Of a stretch of DNA of 64,000 nucleotides, positions 1 to 14,100 are shown piece after piece. This DNA comes from Lama guanicoe (lineage: Eukaryota). Every line of letters starts with the position of its first letter. The first letter of the stretch is position 1. The stretch lies in assembly GCA_013239625.1 (NCBI GenBank), contig MU053431.1, forward strand, positions 1,142,485 to 1,206,484, given 5' to 3'. A model generated the notes under the pieces. That model was not told the DNA's origin. It ran no database searches and worked only from the letters and a program-made list of their open reading frames with translations. A program made the position numbers and the translations under genes.

Positions 1-1769
1 CCGCGGGATCTGAGCTCAAGCAGCACCACTCCCACCGCTGGCCCTGATCGTCCGGTCACTGCCTGGGGTCCGTGTGTCCTTGCAAAGCCCGAAGCCAATG
101 AAAACTAGCCCTGCTGACCCGTCTCATTCAGAACCAGAGGCTGAAGGGTGGCGGCTACTTCACAGAAATCAAGGGTCCCCTGAGCTTTCACTGAGCTCCA
201 GCCCCTATTAATGCAAATTTTAAAAGCTTTTAATCTGTGTGAAGTCCCTCCCAGCCACTTGTCAGAGCTGTGGCTACTGAGGATTAATTTTATGGCAGTG
301 ACATTTCTGATCAACTGTTACTTATAATTAGCCCTATAGATGTTTCTAAATAATCAGATAATATTTGAATCACTTAAATAAATTAAGTAACTGCCTTTCC
401 TTCTATCAGGGAATCACAGCTATAAATTGGGAACTTTCCAGGGGCAGGTCCATGGATCTGGCTGGTTGAACAGTGGTCGACACTTGGCTGTTAGGCTCCA
501 GGGAAAAAATGGTTAAATATGTTTCCAAATGTAAGAGGATTATTCTCCATATTCCCATGCACATCAGGAGAATTCAAGCAAGCTGTCAACGTTCCTAAGT
601 CCAAATGCTCTAAAGGCTTGTGGGGACTCGTGGGGACCCAGGCTTCCTTCACGGCTGGCGCCTGTGTCGGCAGCCCAGCCCCGAGTCTCCCGTCTGCTGT
701 GCGTGGCCTCCCGTGGTTTCGGGGGTTGGAGGCCAGCACGGGAGACACAAGAGGCCTGTCCGCCTACGAGGGCGAGGCCACTCAGGCTGAGGTTCCTGCA
801 AACCTGGTTGTCAAGCTCAGTGAGAAGCTGCTCCCAACACTGTCTCCTGGGCCCCTCAAGTGCCCTGTCCCTCCAGCAGCATGCTCTGTCCAGAGACGTC
901 GTGGGGAGTGGGCTGCCCTGTCCCGGGAGCAGTAGATGTCCCCGTGCTGCCCTGCACCGACCTGTCTGCCGGCCGTGAGGGCTGAGGAGCTCGGAGCCCT
1001 GTGCCTCCCTAACCTTCCCCGCGTGCCCAAAACAGCCTGACGGCCCTTCCCACGTGTTCCAGAGCTGGGCTCCCTTTGAAGCCCCTGGCAAGGCTGATTC
1101 CTCCCCGGGAGAGCCAGCGGCCTGCAGCCAGCAAGGCCCCCTCCAAGTGCTTCAAAGCCCCCAGACCCAAAGGCCTGAGCAGCCTCAGGGCCCTGACCCT
1201 GGGACTAGGAAAGACCCCACAACCTAAGACACGGGTGCTTCTTTCAGGAAAGCGACACGGCTCCAGGCCCGGGAGGGTGGACGGAACCCCAACAGGTCAG
1301 AGAGGCCTTTCTGGGGGGCCCCAGCTGCTGGCCGCGGGGGCGGGGTTCGTTCACAGGGCTGCGGGGGAGGAAGCAGGGACATTGATCCATCAGGAAGGGG
1401 AGGGGTCCTGGAGTGACCCTTGTATGAGCACCCTGGGCTCAGAGGGACCGTGGGCTGTAGTGCTGATTAGCGATTTCCCAGGTAAACACAGCTTGACCTG
1501 GACGTCAGGTTCTGCTCCCGTGTGGCCCAGTCCAGGGCATCTTGTCTGTAGACCGACCCTGTGGGGCAGCAGGGCCTGGGGAAGGGGGCGCTCTGGGCCA
1601 GCCTCGGCATCTGACCCAGTGCGGGCACTTCCGCGTCGAGCCTCCGGACAGGAAGTGTGGTCTGCCTGTGCCGCGGTGTCCCCTGTGACACCTGGACCCC
1701 TCCGTGGGTCAGCGTCGACTCTTAGTGCTGGTTCGGCAACTCCGGATGGGAGAGGTGCTGGGCCCCTCG

Positions 1770-2115
1770 CTGTCCCGCCTCCCATCAGTGCTCTGGCAGA
1801 ATCCTGGCCTTTTCCAGCTTCTGGGGGCAACTGTGCTCCACGGCCCGTGGCCCTGCCTCCGTCTCTGAGGCCCCAGCACCGCGTCTGCCCATCTCCCTGA
1901 GTCCTCTCTGGTCAAACCACCTCTTCCACCGTCGGGTCAGGACCTCATGCTTGATTAGGGCCCGCCAGTCTCATCCAGGACCATCTCCCACCTCAAGAGC
2001 CTGCACGTAATCATATCCACAAACTCTCTTTTGCCAAGTAAGTTGTCACTCGCGGGTTCTAGGGACTAGGACCCGGACATCTTTGAATAGGACACCTGGT
2101 CCTATTCAGCTGGTC
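1770..2115 (-). mobile_element. MLT1-type (MaLR) LTR fragment
   Basis: The segment gattagggccc...atccaggaccatctcccacctcaag...taatcatatccacaaactctcttttgcca...ggttctagggactaggacccggacatcttt resembles the reverse complement of the recalled MLT1 5' consensus. Boundaries are approximate. Confidence 0.7.
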
Positions 2116-5100
2116 AAAGGCCCGAGGCAGGATGCTGGAGGCTCCCGTAAGTGGAGTGAGAACGAGGTTCTTTCCAGCCTCTGCTCCTTTCCCGAGACGC
2201 CCTTCCACCTGCTCTCCTAGAAACAAGGATGCTCACAACGGCTCACCTATGTGACACCGCCCCTGCTCTGTTCAGCCCCAGAGCCCTGGAGGAGGAGCAT
2301 GCTCTGTCCCACCTCTGATCTCAGCAGGGGCAACAGGCTCAGAGAGGACAAGGTTCTTACTTGCGGTCACGCAGCTCGAAGCACAGAGCTAGGCCTTGAA
2401 CCCATAACGTCTATGTGAAGAGCTCCCCCTCCAGGCCTGGCAAGGCGTGCGGGGAGCCCAGAGCCCCCGGGTGTGGGTGGCCCTGTCACACCCATTTCCA
2501 CCGCCTCTGAGTTAGCGAAGGAGAAGTGCGTCTCTTCCGCAGAATGTTGCTTGGAAGGAAGACTAACTTGGGGGAAGGAAAACACGCTTCTCTGTTGGAG
2601 GGAATGAAAAACGGGGATCTAAGCTTGTGTTTTTCACTTGCAGCTTCAAGCTAATCAGCCGTACCAGCTCCAGGACGGCTGCAAACGAGACAGTGACTGA
2701 GGAAAAGCGCAGGCGTCCTGGAGGAGACGCCTCGCACCCCGGGGCAGCGCAGGGGCTGAGCGCCTGCAGAGCAGAGATGCTGCTGCGGGTGTCGGGGGGG
2801 CAGGTGGGACTGGAGGGTCCTGCTCTCCACCTGCCCCAAGCATCACTCGTGGGGCGGCTGGGAGGGGCGCCGTGTGGGCTGCAGTGCTGGGCTCCCGCAC
2901 CCGCTTCCTGCTGTCCTTTGCACGATGCTCACAGACTGAGTCTGATTCAGGTGTTTCTCCCTCGTCTGCCACCTGGTATAGGTCTAAAGTCCTCGCACAC
3001 GGGCAGGTGGGGAGGAAGGGTCCGTGTTTGCATCGCCACTGCTGGAATCCGACTTGTTCCGGATGGCAAGGAGCCTCCCCTGTATCCACGTCCCCCTGCT
3101 TCGCCCACGCCCCCACATCACATAACCACCACTAACTAGCCACCTGTCAGTGAGCCGCCCCGGGTCCTCAGTGAGTGTCTGGAAGCACCTGCCTCGCCCG
3201 GGTGTCCGTGCAGGGCTGGGGGTCCCCTCTGGATGGCCCGACTAGCTCTGACCTCCTGATGCTTTTGGACCAGCAAGGAGCTCGGGGTGCCGGGCATGCA
3301 GGCGGCAATCCGTCCAAGCCAGCAGTTACCGGTGCCACAGAGAGACACGCAGCCAGAGGGTCTGTCCAAACCAATCTCCCCGGGCTGGTTATTTCAAAGT
3401 CTGAAAATCCCTAATTCCGGGAGGCAGGCAGTATTTAAATTTAAGTTTGTTTCCCGAATGAGATCTTTGCTTTCGACTGTTCAACTGTATTTGGAAATAT
3501 GAAAGGGTAACTTGATTACATGTTAAGGCAGCTTTGGCTGGAGAATTGTAGCCAAAATCTCTGCTCCTCGGAGCTTATCCTGCTGCTGATGGAAGCCATC
3601 CAAGCCAGGAGCTCGGTGCTGCTGCCCCGGGAAAGCGCAGGCCAGGTTCAACCCGGGCGTTCTCCAGGCGGGGCAGCCTGGGGCGACGTGGAACCACAGT
3701 GTGTCGTCCGAGGTCCTAGGAAGGGACATGCCAGCTCCTTGCTTGGCCCCCAAGGAAGGGCCATCTGTAGAAACCTCAGCCTTGTATTTCCCAGCCTCCT
3801 GTCAAATTGCTGGATTATTAAACTGTCCAGACGAAAATCTGTGATAAGGAGCTTCCATTTCCAGAGGCCCCGCAGCCGAGGACGGGCAAAGCAGGAAGCC
3901 CACAGCGCCCAGAGGCGCACGGCCATGCAGCGGAGCGCCGGCCCCTCTGTCTGCCCCGTGGCCCCAGGAGGCTCAGCAGGAGCTGTAGAGTTAATCGAAC
4001 TATGACTGCGTTAAACTTCCTGGTTTTTTTCATGAGTCTCATGTCAGGGAAGTTGCCAAATCTGAGAATTATCTTGCCAAAGAACAGGCAGTGCTCTCCA
4101 GCGAGGTGTGTTTTCTGTAAGGGGGGATGGCGGCGGGTACGTCGTTCAGGCAGTGAAACCCCGGCTGGCAAACCGTCCAGCCTGCCTTTCGGGTGGTCTG
4201 AGAGCAGCCCGAAGGGCCGTGCTGAGGATGAATCAGAATTTGGTTCAGCATCAAGCATTGGCCGTAGGCTGGCTCTGCAAAGACGCCCCCAGGCGCTGTC
4301 TGTCCCACCCTGGCTGCGGAGAGGAAATGGGACCAGGACAGGCAGCAGTGAGCCAGGGCCAGAAGCTCCCTGCAGGGTCGCTGCTGCAGCCCGGCCCCGC
4401 TTGCCCGGCCTCCAACGCTGGCCTCCGACGCCGGCCTCCGATCACACCTGCTGTCCAGCTCCAGTGAAGGCATCACTGCCCGGGAAGTGGGAGGCGCTCC
4501 CCTCCTCTTCCTCAGAGTGCCTGCTGCCCCTTCCTTCCTGAAGCCCCCAGACCCTGCTCCTCCTGCCGTGCGTGCCCTAGCGTCCCCCCATGTCCTCCTT
4601 GGACCCACCCAGCCCTCCCCTGCAGGCGAGTTCAGCTGCTGGTGTGTCGGGCTCGAGCTGGGGGCCCAGAGAGGGACCCGGCAGCTGACTCAGAAGCTCG
4701 GGTGCATCTGGAGCTGGGGTGCCGAGGTGGACACCACTGCCCCCTAAGTAAGAACCAGGAGGGCAGAGGTCTGGAATAGAAGGGCCAGGATTCTGCCCAC
4801 AAGTGGCAGAAGCCAGCTCTCAGAGGCGGGACTTACGGCGCCTGGAAATGAAACGTGCTGCCCCGCACGGCCTTCAGGCACGACAGAGTCTAGGAGCACG
4901 GGCCACACACACATGTATCATCAGGGGGCTCTCTTCTCGTCCCGTGGGTCTGCTGCCCTTGACGTGAGCCGGTCTCGGCAGAACCCCCAGCCCGAGGCCT
5001 GAGCAGCACAGAGCTTACAGCTCCAGCCCCAGTTCTGTGGAAGGAGAGAGTCTCTCCTGCCGGTGGTTGCAGCAGATTCCCAGGAGGGACTCGTGTCTGT

Positions 5101-8100
5101 GACCGGCTCAATGCACGTGCCAGGCGAGGAGGCAGGAAGACACAGAAGAGCCTAGCGGCTGCGGACAAACCACCCGAGGGCGTGTGTGCTGGGGGAGGGG
5201 CCGGGGGCCCCACAGGTCAGGCCACGTTAAGGAGCTGCAACTGGATCCTAGAAGCAGCCAGGAGGGCACGCCTGCGTGGGTTAGCTTACCCGGGAAACCT
5301 CGGTGACCGGCCCCGAGGCCTCTGATCACCCTGGTCTCAGGACGGCCTGAGCCCTGGGGACTGTTAGAAGCTGCCCGGGGGACTCTGGTGTGCGGCCAGG
5401 ATTGAGAAGCACCAGCCTAGAGGGCAGAGCTTCCCCAGCGGCCACAGACCGAGCCGCGTCCGCGTTGTGAGAGTGGATGTCAGGGCGCTCTCCTCGCCCA
5501 CCAGCCTCCCGTCACCCTGACGCAGCGGCAGGGTTCCCATCACTGGGCTGAGTCTTAAAGAGTGGGTGCAGTGAAGGCCGTGGTGGGGACGTGCCAGGAC
5601 CCACCCCACGCGGCAGGAAAGGACGCTCCCACGGGAAACCTCCAGCGGGAACTCTGAACCCACATGGATTGTTATTCACGTTGGAAAATGAAGTCTGGAA
5701 ATCCTTGACAGTGCTTTTCTGGGAAGCAGTGATTCAGTAAATGAAGGGAAAGCCTCCTGGGGGCGGAGCCCCACGCACCGCGCCGCCTTCTCTGCCTCGG
5801 GCCTGGGGAGGGGCCGGAGGCTCCGTGTCCTGAGCGCCTACCCAAGACGGGGTGACTGCGTTTGTTCTTCCAGAGACCCCGCAGGGGTGGGCCTCTCACT
5901 CCCTTTCCAGAGGTCTCACGCCCGCAGCAGAGCCGGGCTCCACTTCCGCCCGTGGTTTAGAGAGAGAGAGGACAGGCTGCACCCCGAAGTCGGGCACCAG
6001 CACCCCCGCCGCGTGGGCCTGCACCCCAGAGAGTCAGGAGGTGCTCTGCTGCCATTTAAAGCCATAATGTGGGCAAAAGGCGTACTGCAGCGTGGGGGTG
6101 CAGTTCCACACCCATTTGAGAGCCTGAGGAAAGTTCCAGACTCTTCCCCAGAGAAGTGCACACGCAGACACACACGCACATATGCACGCATGCACACGCA
6201 CGCACGGGCGCCGGCAGAGCCGCGGCGTGCTCCTGGTGGGGGTGGGGGTACAGTGTCGTAGCAGAGCGTGGACGCAGGTCAGAGGAGGAGTGGTGTCTGG
6301 GGAAGCACGCGTCGCCGCTGGCTCTGGCAGCTGTTTGATGACTGGGGCGAGAGGTGAGGGGTGCAGGCTGGACCCTTCAGCACAGGGCGGCGGCTGTGGG
6401 GGGCCCGTCTCAGCCACACGCCCGTGCCACGTCTCTCTGAGTCCAGCTCCGTGGGGCCGGGCGCGGTGGGCAGAGGGGCCGTCTGCTGCCGCTCCTGTCC
6501 CCGAGGGAGGCGGCGGCCGCCCTGGCCACCAGGACGCGGCTGAGTGCCGTCTGCCCAGGTGACAGCCGACGCCTGGTGCAGAGAGGAGCCGGGCTTCTGG
6601 AAACAGAACTGCCCTTCTGAGCGCGGGAGATCTTGCTTTAGCCGCCAAGAAGCCCTCTAATCGTGGGCTGCTAAGGAACCGCCACAGCGGATGGCTCTGA
6701 AGACGGAGGAGACGTTCACTCCCGATCTCCGAGTCTCCAGGGCTGTGGAAACGCCCCCCACACCCGCCCCAGCTGAAGCGCTGCTGGGGGGCTCTGGGAG
6801 GCCCAGGAGGCGCCAGGCGGGCTCTCCGGGCTGAGGGGCAGCTTGCGGAGAGAAGCCGCCGTGGGGAAGAGGGTCGGTGGCGGTGGAAGGGCGGGCGCTG
6901 TCAGGCCCGCAGTCACCGTGCTCGCTCGGCCCAGCTGGTGTCTGCAGCAGGAGGGGGCGGGGGCCCTAGAGCCATCAGGACGCCGAGGAGGAGCGCCCGG
7001 GCCGTGGACTTGACTCTCAGCCGCTGATGACCGGGTGTGGGGGTCCTACCGCGTCTGAGTTTGTGGCTATTGATGCTAAACTGATTGGACCAGAACTGCC
7101 CCCGGCCCGCCCGCTCCCTCTCCTCCCCACAGGGAGGCCGCTGTCCCTGGGCCCGTCTGAGGTTTGGCAGATTCGGCCATCCGGCGGGGGTGGGAGGCGG
7201 CTATGGGCAGGTCTTGTGAGCTGTGATAATCCGTGCAAAGCAGCCACAGGGTAATGACCGAAACAGCATTCAGGGAGCTAAATGGAAGCAAGAGGACGAG
7301 ACAGACGGAGAAATTACTGAAGCTCCTCAGGCGCAAACGACCCGGTGGAACGGACGGGCAGCGGGTGGCGTCAAGAGGACAACCAGGTGTCCGGGAACGG
7401 GGCAGGACCGGGAGGGCGATGCGGAGTTCTGTCTGCACAGAGCGCCTCTCCCAGCCCCGGGGCGTCCCAGGTGGCTCAACAAAGCCAGAGAACTCACAGC
7501 CGGTAATGTCATCTGTCGTCGCGTTAAATGACACCCACCCAGCGGGGGGCTGGGATGCAGGGCGCTCCAGAGCCGGTCGGCCAGCACACCCCAATCCAAA
7601 CAGAAGTGAGCCTGAGACTGGTGAAGGCGGGAGACACACTCCCGCCACGCTTGAGGCCCAGAAACCGTCTGCAGCTGCACACTGGTTGTGCTGCAGTGGC
7701 TTAGAAACCTTGCCCAGACGGTGAGGAGGCAGGTGCCACGGAGTAGACAGGGCCGTGAGGGCTCCCCGGCCGTGAGGGCTCCCCAGCCGCAGAGCTCAGG
7801 GCCAGGAATGCTGTATCTCCACCCATCACCCAGGAGTCTGCACTTCCAGAATCCTGACTCGGATTTCAAACCTAATGGGTACGTCTGTTTTCTTGGACTT
7901 GTTTCAAATGTAGCAATGCCAGCTGCAAAAAATACAGCTAAGTCTCCGCCCAAAGACACATTTATAACCGCTGCTCACGGTACTCAGGAAAAAAGCCTCC
8001 ATTTAGACCTCCTTCTGAGATGTGGGCACATTAAGGACCAGCTCTGGGTCTTAATGGTGTGTGGGGCGTCTCTCCCGCCCCGACTCTGCCCCCACCCCCG

Positions 8101-11100
8101 GCTCTCGCGGATCTCGCATCTGTCTCAGAACATTAAGGGCAGTACGTGCAGACTCCGCTCCTAATGCGATTTGAAACGGAAACCCAGTCGGCTCGACACC
8201 CCGGGGCAGCTTTTCACCCAGCCCTCCTCCCTCCCGAGGCTCTGGGCTGTGGCCGCGCGCCCGTCCCCGGGTACCATCAGTGCGCCGGCGGTCCTGCTGG
8301 CCAGGGCGAGCCTTTCACGACCCCTCTCACCCGGTCTGCCTTTGGTTGGATTCCACATATGCTGTCGTTTCCCTGACGGTCTTAGTTAAATCAACTCCCT
8401 TTTTACACGGAGGACGTTTGTTCCAAAGGGCATGTTATGTAACCCTTGTTTAACGAAAAACTCCCATCACCAGGCCTAAGCAGAATGGACCCCACCCCAA
8501 ATGGCAGCAAAACGAGGTTGCTGTTTAAAGCCCTGGTGTGTCCACCCACCACCCAAAACCACGTCGAGTCCCAGCAGGGAGGCACTGGCCCCAGCCTGGG
8601 AGACCCCGGGTTGAGGGGGTGGCCACATGGCAAGTGGTCCTTTAACTTGGAATCGGTACGTCAGTGATGGAGTCCCCCTCTCCGTGACCGCTCAGAAGGG
8701 TTTCTGGGAACCATGTGCTGTCAGAGCAGCCCCGGTCCCTCCAGGGCTGGCCGGCTGGCGGACGGGATGAGCTGCGTCAGCACAACTCAGCAGTCGAGTC
8801 AGTCTCGGGTCTTCAGTGTTGTGGCGAATTGTCAGTGACAGCCGGGGAGACACACAGGCCCGCCGTCTTCACGGTTTACGTAACTAAAGCCAGGGCGGAG
8901 GAACCTGGAACGGGGGACACAGCATTAGAGATCGAAGTCCCCGCACACCCACCACTGAGGGCGATCACATCTGTGTGCGTGACCCCAGGACTTGTTAGTG
9001 TTCCCGCGCGGAGGCGGGGCCGACGCCGGCGCACGCTTCGGAGGGGCGGCTGGGTCCCGCTGGAGATGACGGGTGAGGACACCAGAGCAGGAACTCAGGT
9101 TTCAATACGTGAGCTCGGGTGTTAACGCAACAGAAAGCGGGCGTTCTCTGGGCAGGGGGTGTTCTCCGTGGCTGGGCTCTTCGTGGACAAAGGCAGAACT
9201 TTGAATGCAGATGTTACAACCGGCAGGCACCGCTAGTAAGACAGACAGGCGTCAGGGCAAGGGGGCTGGCGGGCGGTGACGCGGGGCCTTCGGCAGGGTC
9301 AGAACAGGACAAAAGCCTGAGGCCAAGGGAGGAGTGTGAACGCTGTCCTCCGTTGGAGCGGGCTGCTGGGGATGGTCGGGGAGGGAGAGGACCTAGGTTT
9401 TATTTGAAAAGCTCACTGTGTCTACTGCAGTGGTCTGCGTGGCCCTGGAGGGCTGGGGCTCGTGCCTGGGCCTCGGCTGGGCTGGGCTGTGCGGATGGGC
9501 CGCCCTCCCCAGCAGGAGCCGGACCGCTCTCCAGGCAGCGGAGAGAAGTGGGGGCGCGGGGGGAAGCCCTGGCTGAGGAAGGCGCTGGCTGGGCCCGGGG
9601 GAGGAGGGAGTGCGGGGACACAGGGACGCGGGGAGAGGGGTGGGCCCCCATCGCCTCGGAGCGGCAGGGCCGGACTGTCATCATGGCTGGTTCCTGTGTG
9701 AACCGCAGTGGTTTTGCCAGCAGGCGGGTTACCAGGACTGTTTCCAGCAAAAGCTGACCGGAGGGGCAAGGTGTTCAGGGTTTAGTAGGTGCAGAGGCTC
9801 AGCCTTGCAAAATAGGGAGGCTCTGGACGTCTGTGCCGAACCGAACCGCACCGCACACATAAGAACGGTTAGGACAGCGCATTTCATGTCGCGTGTGTTT
9901 TACCACAGTGAAGAAAGAATTGTTGTGCAAAGCAGTAAAAGAAAATGAAATCTAAGAGCCTTTGTTAAAAAAAAAAAAGGGGAATCTGTCTTCTAAATAG
10001 AAAATGCTGAGCCAAACTCACAGGTCTCTCTGGACGGGGCGGCTTTTTCCGGAACGTAGTTCACCTTAACTCTGAACTGTGGTCGCCTGGAACGTTGCTT
10101 CTGCTTTCGCTCAAAACCTATTTGTTAAATAACAGCGAGTAAGTGACACCTCACAGTCGCACTAATTGCGATCGGAACCAAATAGAAATGTAATAAAGCC
10201 TGGCCCGGGGCGTGTGCCTGGCCTGGTTTCTCCGACCCAGACTGTGACCCCGGGCTCAGGCCTCTGCTCACTCAGTGTGAGATTATCAGGAATCATAAAA
10301 ACTCGAGCCACTCCCGCCGGAGATCAGCGTCTACATGTGTCCCCCCGGGTTCCTGTCCCCCCGTCTCCTCCCTCTCCACCGAGCTCCCTCCCAGCCCCCC
10401 GACAGGCCGAGAGCAACCCCGCAGACTGTGAACGCCTCCGACTCTGAAATCATCAGTCCTCTGCTTTCCGGGCAGAACTGGGTGGGGACCCGAGCCCCGG
10501 ACGCCTCGTCGCCCTCGGGTTTGGATCTGCTGCCCCGGCACTGCTTCTCAGGGCGGGGCCATGTGAGCGCACGGCCCCTGCAGTTTCTAGGCTGGGCTCG
10601 CAGGGGCTGGAGAGCCGGACGTTACCCTGCTCCACAAGCAGGCTGCATCTGTACCGGGGGCTAGAGGGGGCCAGCCAGACGCGCTCCCGCGCCTCCCCCT
10701 GCACAGCCAGCGGCGCCAAGCCGGCAGCAGCCTCCCTCCTGCCCGCCGGGCCCGCTGCTCTGGAAGCACACAACAGAAAGCACAAACATCCCCAACTCTT
10801 AGGGAGAAACAGTGCGGTCTCTGCTGCAGGTGTGATCCAGGTGGAAGTGGAAGATTGCTGGAGGAAACGTCCAATGACTCGCGCTTCCGGAACGAGATCG
10901 TCCTGGACGCGGGGTCCCCGCGCCGGCGTCTCAGGACGGCCCTGGTCTAGGCTGCGAGTTAAATGCCTGTGCTGGGCTGGCACACAGGCACCCCAGGACG
11001 GAGAGCTATGGCCGTTACTCGCCTGCAGTAAAGATCAAACTTTGGACCCTCGGAAGCAAAGAAACACCAATAAAGAGCTTTTGTGCCTTTGCGATCAGAA

Positions 11101-14100
11101 AAGGCAGCTCCCCGACCAGCAGTGAGCCAAGCAAATGAAATCAACTGCTTGAAAATGGAAAAGCAAATTGGAAAATGGTTGGTGCCCACTTCAGGAGGTC
11201 TGGGATGCCTGGGGCCCCGGCCTCGCCCCGTCCTATCCGTAAGCTCGGCAGGTGCCCACGTGGGGGCCGCTCCCCGGCAGCCTGCAGCCCGGCCGGCAAC
11301 CTGGGGTTTGCATCTGAAGCCCGGTGGTTTGCCGTCCACCCTCCGTGTCCTCGCGGTCCCCCCCGCTGGGAGCCGGGCGGCCTTCGTCCCGCTCCGCTCG
11401 TCTGCTGTCAAGCCTGGCTGCGTCCGCTTCACCGCGGCTTCCTGGACGCACAGCCGAGCCTGGGCTTTGGGTGCACGAACGGGGGGCCGGAGCGCTGATC
11501 AGGGGAAGCGGGAGGGAAGCAAGGCGGGCGGGAGAAGTGGAGCAAGGATGTGGCCTCAGCCTCGGCCTGGCCCCTGAGCCATCCCTCGTACCCCCAGCTG
11601 TCACAGTCGCCGGCTGCTGGGCGGGGAGCACATAGTGACCTCCCCGAGCGAGGGGGCTCCGGTCAGACAAGGGCAGCTCCCCGGGGAAGGGGGCAGCCGT
11701 GAGCTGTGCGCCCCCGCTGCTCCCAGCGGCTGGAGGGGGGTCCTGTGCCCAGGGAGGTGGGTCTTGGCCGGGCACCGGCTGTGGGGACACCTGTCTGCCT
11801 CTCTCTCCGAGTGTTTTTCTAACCCCTGGAGAGGATTTCTCCTACCCCGTGTGGCTTGTATCTTAAGTGCAACCATCCCAAACATGGCATTGAAATTTGA
11901 TGAGAACGTTCCCCGTCCTTGGTGCATGATTCAGTCACCATGGCAGATAATCTTTGTGTTTCTGTAGAAGATGGCTCGTTACTGACCCGAGCCCCTGGAC
12001 CTAGGGAGCTAGGACTTGGATGCAGGCATTTTCCAGGGCTGGCATCTTGTGCAGAATGCGTGCAGCCTCCTCCCACATCTCCCCTGCCTGAGATGTGTCA
12101 GAGGCCGCTTTGTCCCAGGCAGCTGCTTCACACCCCAGGCTATCACAACAGACAGGGCCCCTTCAGCCAGGTCAGCCATACGCGTAGAAACAGACCAGAA
12201 CTACAGCCTCCCCGTGACAAACAGGACCCCGCGTTCTGACCCAGCAGACGGCTCGGAGGGCCCACGCCGTGCGCCAGGAGCCACAGGGGCTGCGGGTACC
12301 TGGGCTCTGAGGGCTGGAGGTTGCCAGGCTTAGACTGGAGGCCGACCCGGAGTCACGTGCCACTGCCTGCCTTCCCCAGCAGAAAGAGCGGGGTCTTAAA
12401 TTATTACTGCCACGGATTTCAAACAGAATTTCTGACGCCCTCAGCCAGCCCCTTCAGTTTTGAGAATTAACAGTGTAAATAAGATTGCAAGGCGGATGTT
12501 CAAAGCAGGCTTCGTGCTCCCTCCAGCACTTCAGAGGCCCCCAGCCTCGTTCCCGACGACCCACTAATGAGCCAGGCTTCTTATCCATCCAGCCAAGCTG
12601 CGCCCTCGGGAACCCGCCCGGCTCTCACTCCGTCCAGGAGTTCTGTGGGTGAGAACCGCGCCCTCAGGGTGGGGCACCCGGGTGCCGAGTGCTGCGTCTC
12701 ACCTGTGCCTCTCACCTGGTCTCTGTCGCGGATGGAGCCAGCTGCTCAGCGAGGACACTGTGACACTTACCTTTTCACAGACGAGGAGACCGAGGGTCAG
12801 ACAGGCTCCGTCGCTTGCCCGAGGGTCACCCAGCTGGAAGGCAGCAGCTTCAAATCCAGGCCCGTCTGCGTCCAAAGCCCTAGTGTGAACGCTGCAGCAG
12901 GAGTGTCTGGTGCCCCCGCACCAGCACCTGGGCCAGCGGAGCCGCCGGTGCCGCCTGCTCGGTCCGGCCCGACTCTGGCCGCCCACGGTGGCGGGAGGGG
13001 CGCCGGCCTCTCCCAGCTCTTGCCAGCGGTGTGCCGTTTCCTGCACACAGTGGTGGGACTCTTCCCTGGGAACCCCACCGCCGGTCCACTGTCCTCGCCG
13101 AGGCGGCAGGTGCTCGTTACCACCGACAGCCCCTGCCTCGTGGGCCAGAAGAGCCCACGCTGGGGGCCGCGGCGTCGGGAGCTCGAGCTCAGGGGCCACC
13201 TCAGGCCCCACCTCCAGCGTGTGAGTGTGGGCCACCTGCTCACCCCTCTGGGTCCCCTCCCCCTGTCTATGATGTGGGGATAGTAACAGCCCCCCGATAG
13301 TTGGGGTGAGGGCAGGGGCCCCTGGGAACATCCCAGGAATCATCTACTCTCGGCCTCACCCTGTCACCCCAGGTGGTCGACCAGCAAAGTGAGGCACAGA
13401 GACCGTAAGTAAGGTGCGCGAGGTCACACAGCAAGGACATAGGGGCAAGGCTGGGACCCAGGCCGGCTGAGCAGTCCTTGGAACCCTCCGCGGGGGGGTG
13501 GCAAGCCTGCTGATCTGCCCCAGGAGCCACATCCCAGTGGCCTTTTTGTTTGGTTTCTGCCGCCTCCCCCCGATGAGCAGGGGCATGCCGTCCCCTCAGG
13601 GCGCTGGAGGCTCCTGAAACAAGTGACAGGAAACTCACTTGTGCAAGAGACACGAGGTGGAGGCACGTTCGGAGAACGTTTGCAGCGTGCGATCAGACCC
13701 TGCTCTGCATGGCAGGAGAACGAGCCCCATTAGGAGGATGTGCCGTAAACACACGTCTGAGATGCTGGCGTGTTTGCAGTCGGCACACTCGCACACTCCT
13801 GACCCCGCTCGTCCCAGGGCTGGCCTGGCGTCCCCCTCGGGGATGAGCACTTCCCCGGCAGGGCTGCGAGTCCCCGGGCCAGGCGCGCACTCTGGGGTGA
13901 GCATTTTAAAGGAAGCGCGTTCCCACCCCAGGTCTCACCGGGACCACACGGTGAGGGGGGCGGTATTAATGCTGACATTTCTTTGCACAGAGCCCCTGGC
14001 GGAGGCTGGAGCGCCTTTATGCGCCCCCTGCCCCAGCAGGGCGGTCCCTCCCAGGGGCCCTTTGTGACACACACGCTTTCTGAACTCAGGTGTGGGCGTT

